This document shows positions 64,000-64,000 of a DNA stretch of 64,000 bases, piece by piece. The notes under the pieces are model-generated. The model was not told the origin of the DNA, did no database searches, and saw only the letters and a program-made list of their open reading frames with translations. The DNA is taken from the IMG/VR virus record IMGVR_UViG_3300025450_000013, one strand, 5' to 3'. The stretch comes from a virus. Made by a program: the position numbers and the translations under genes. Numbering within the stretch: position 1 is the stretch's first letter; each line of letters starts with the position of its first letter.

Positions 64000-64000
64000 A

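Noticed and set aside
61789-64000. Diversity-generating retroelement template/variable repeat pair
   Set aside because: The repeats are coding blades, I saw no adenine-specific mismatch pattern, and there is no reverse transcriptase in the window

Overview
A 64-kb segment of a large T4-like myovirus genome, probably infecting a proteobacterium (sigma70 consensus promoters, an IHF-type site, and an IbpA-type small heat-shock protein with a ROSE-type leader). Almost all genes are on the minus strand. In transcription order (right to left) the core is neck gp13-14-15, terminase gp16-17, tail sheath and tube gp18-19, portal gp20, head-core and internal proteins, gp21-22-23, gp3, uvsY, uvsW, gp55, gp47-46, a CobT/CobS-like vWA-AAA+ pair, dNMP kinase, gp45-44-62-regA, dUTPase and hsp20. 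Accessory modules between these are: a sugar-transferase cluster (GT2, GT10, GT4, methyltransferase, nucleotide-sugar dehydrogenase); an ADP-heptose operon on the + strand facing two late GT9-like transferases behind a Ser/Thr-rich RCC1-repeat protein; a cytochrome P450 plus adenylate-forming ligase behind tail-fibre genes; a very long Gly-X-X gp38-like adhesin followed by a prolyl-hydroxylase-type oxygenase; three free-standing homing endonucleases; and a DUF4338-like protein coupled to a GIY-YIG-like gene. Non-coding elements missed by the ORF track include an aberrant tRNA-Gly (intact GlyRS-type acceptor end, 6-bp T-stem, shrunken anticodon loop), an antisense structured RNA with its own terminator, a ROSE thermometer and a probable replication origin. 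All assignments come from reading motifs and gene order by eye; no database searches were run.
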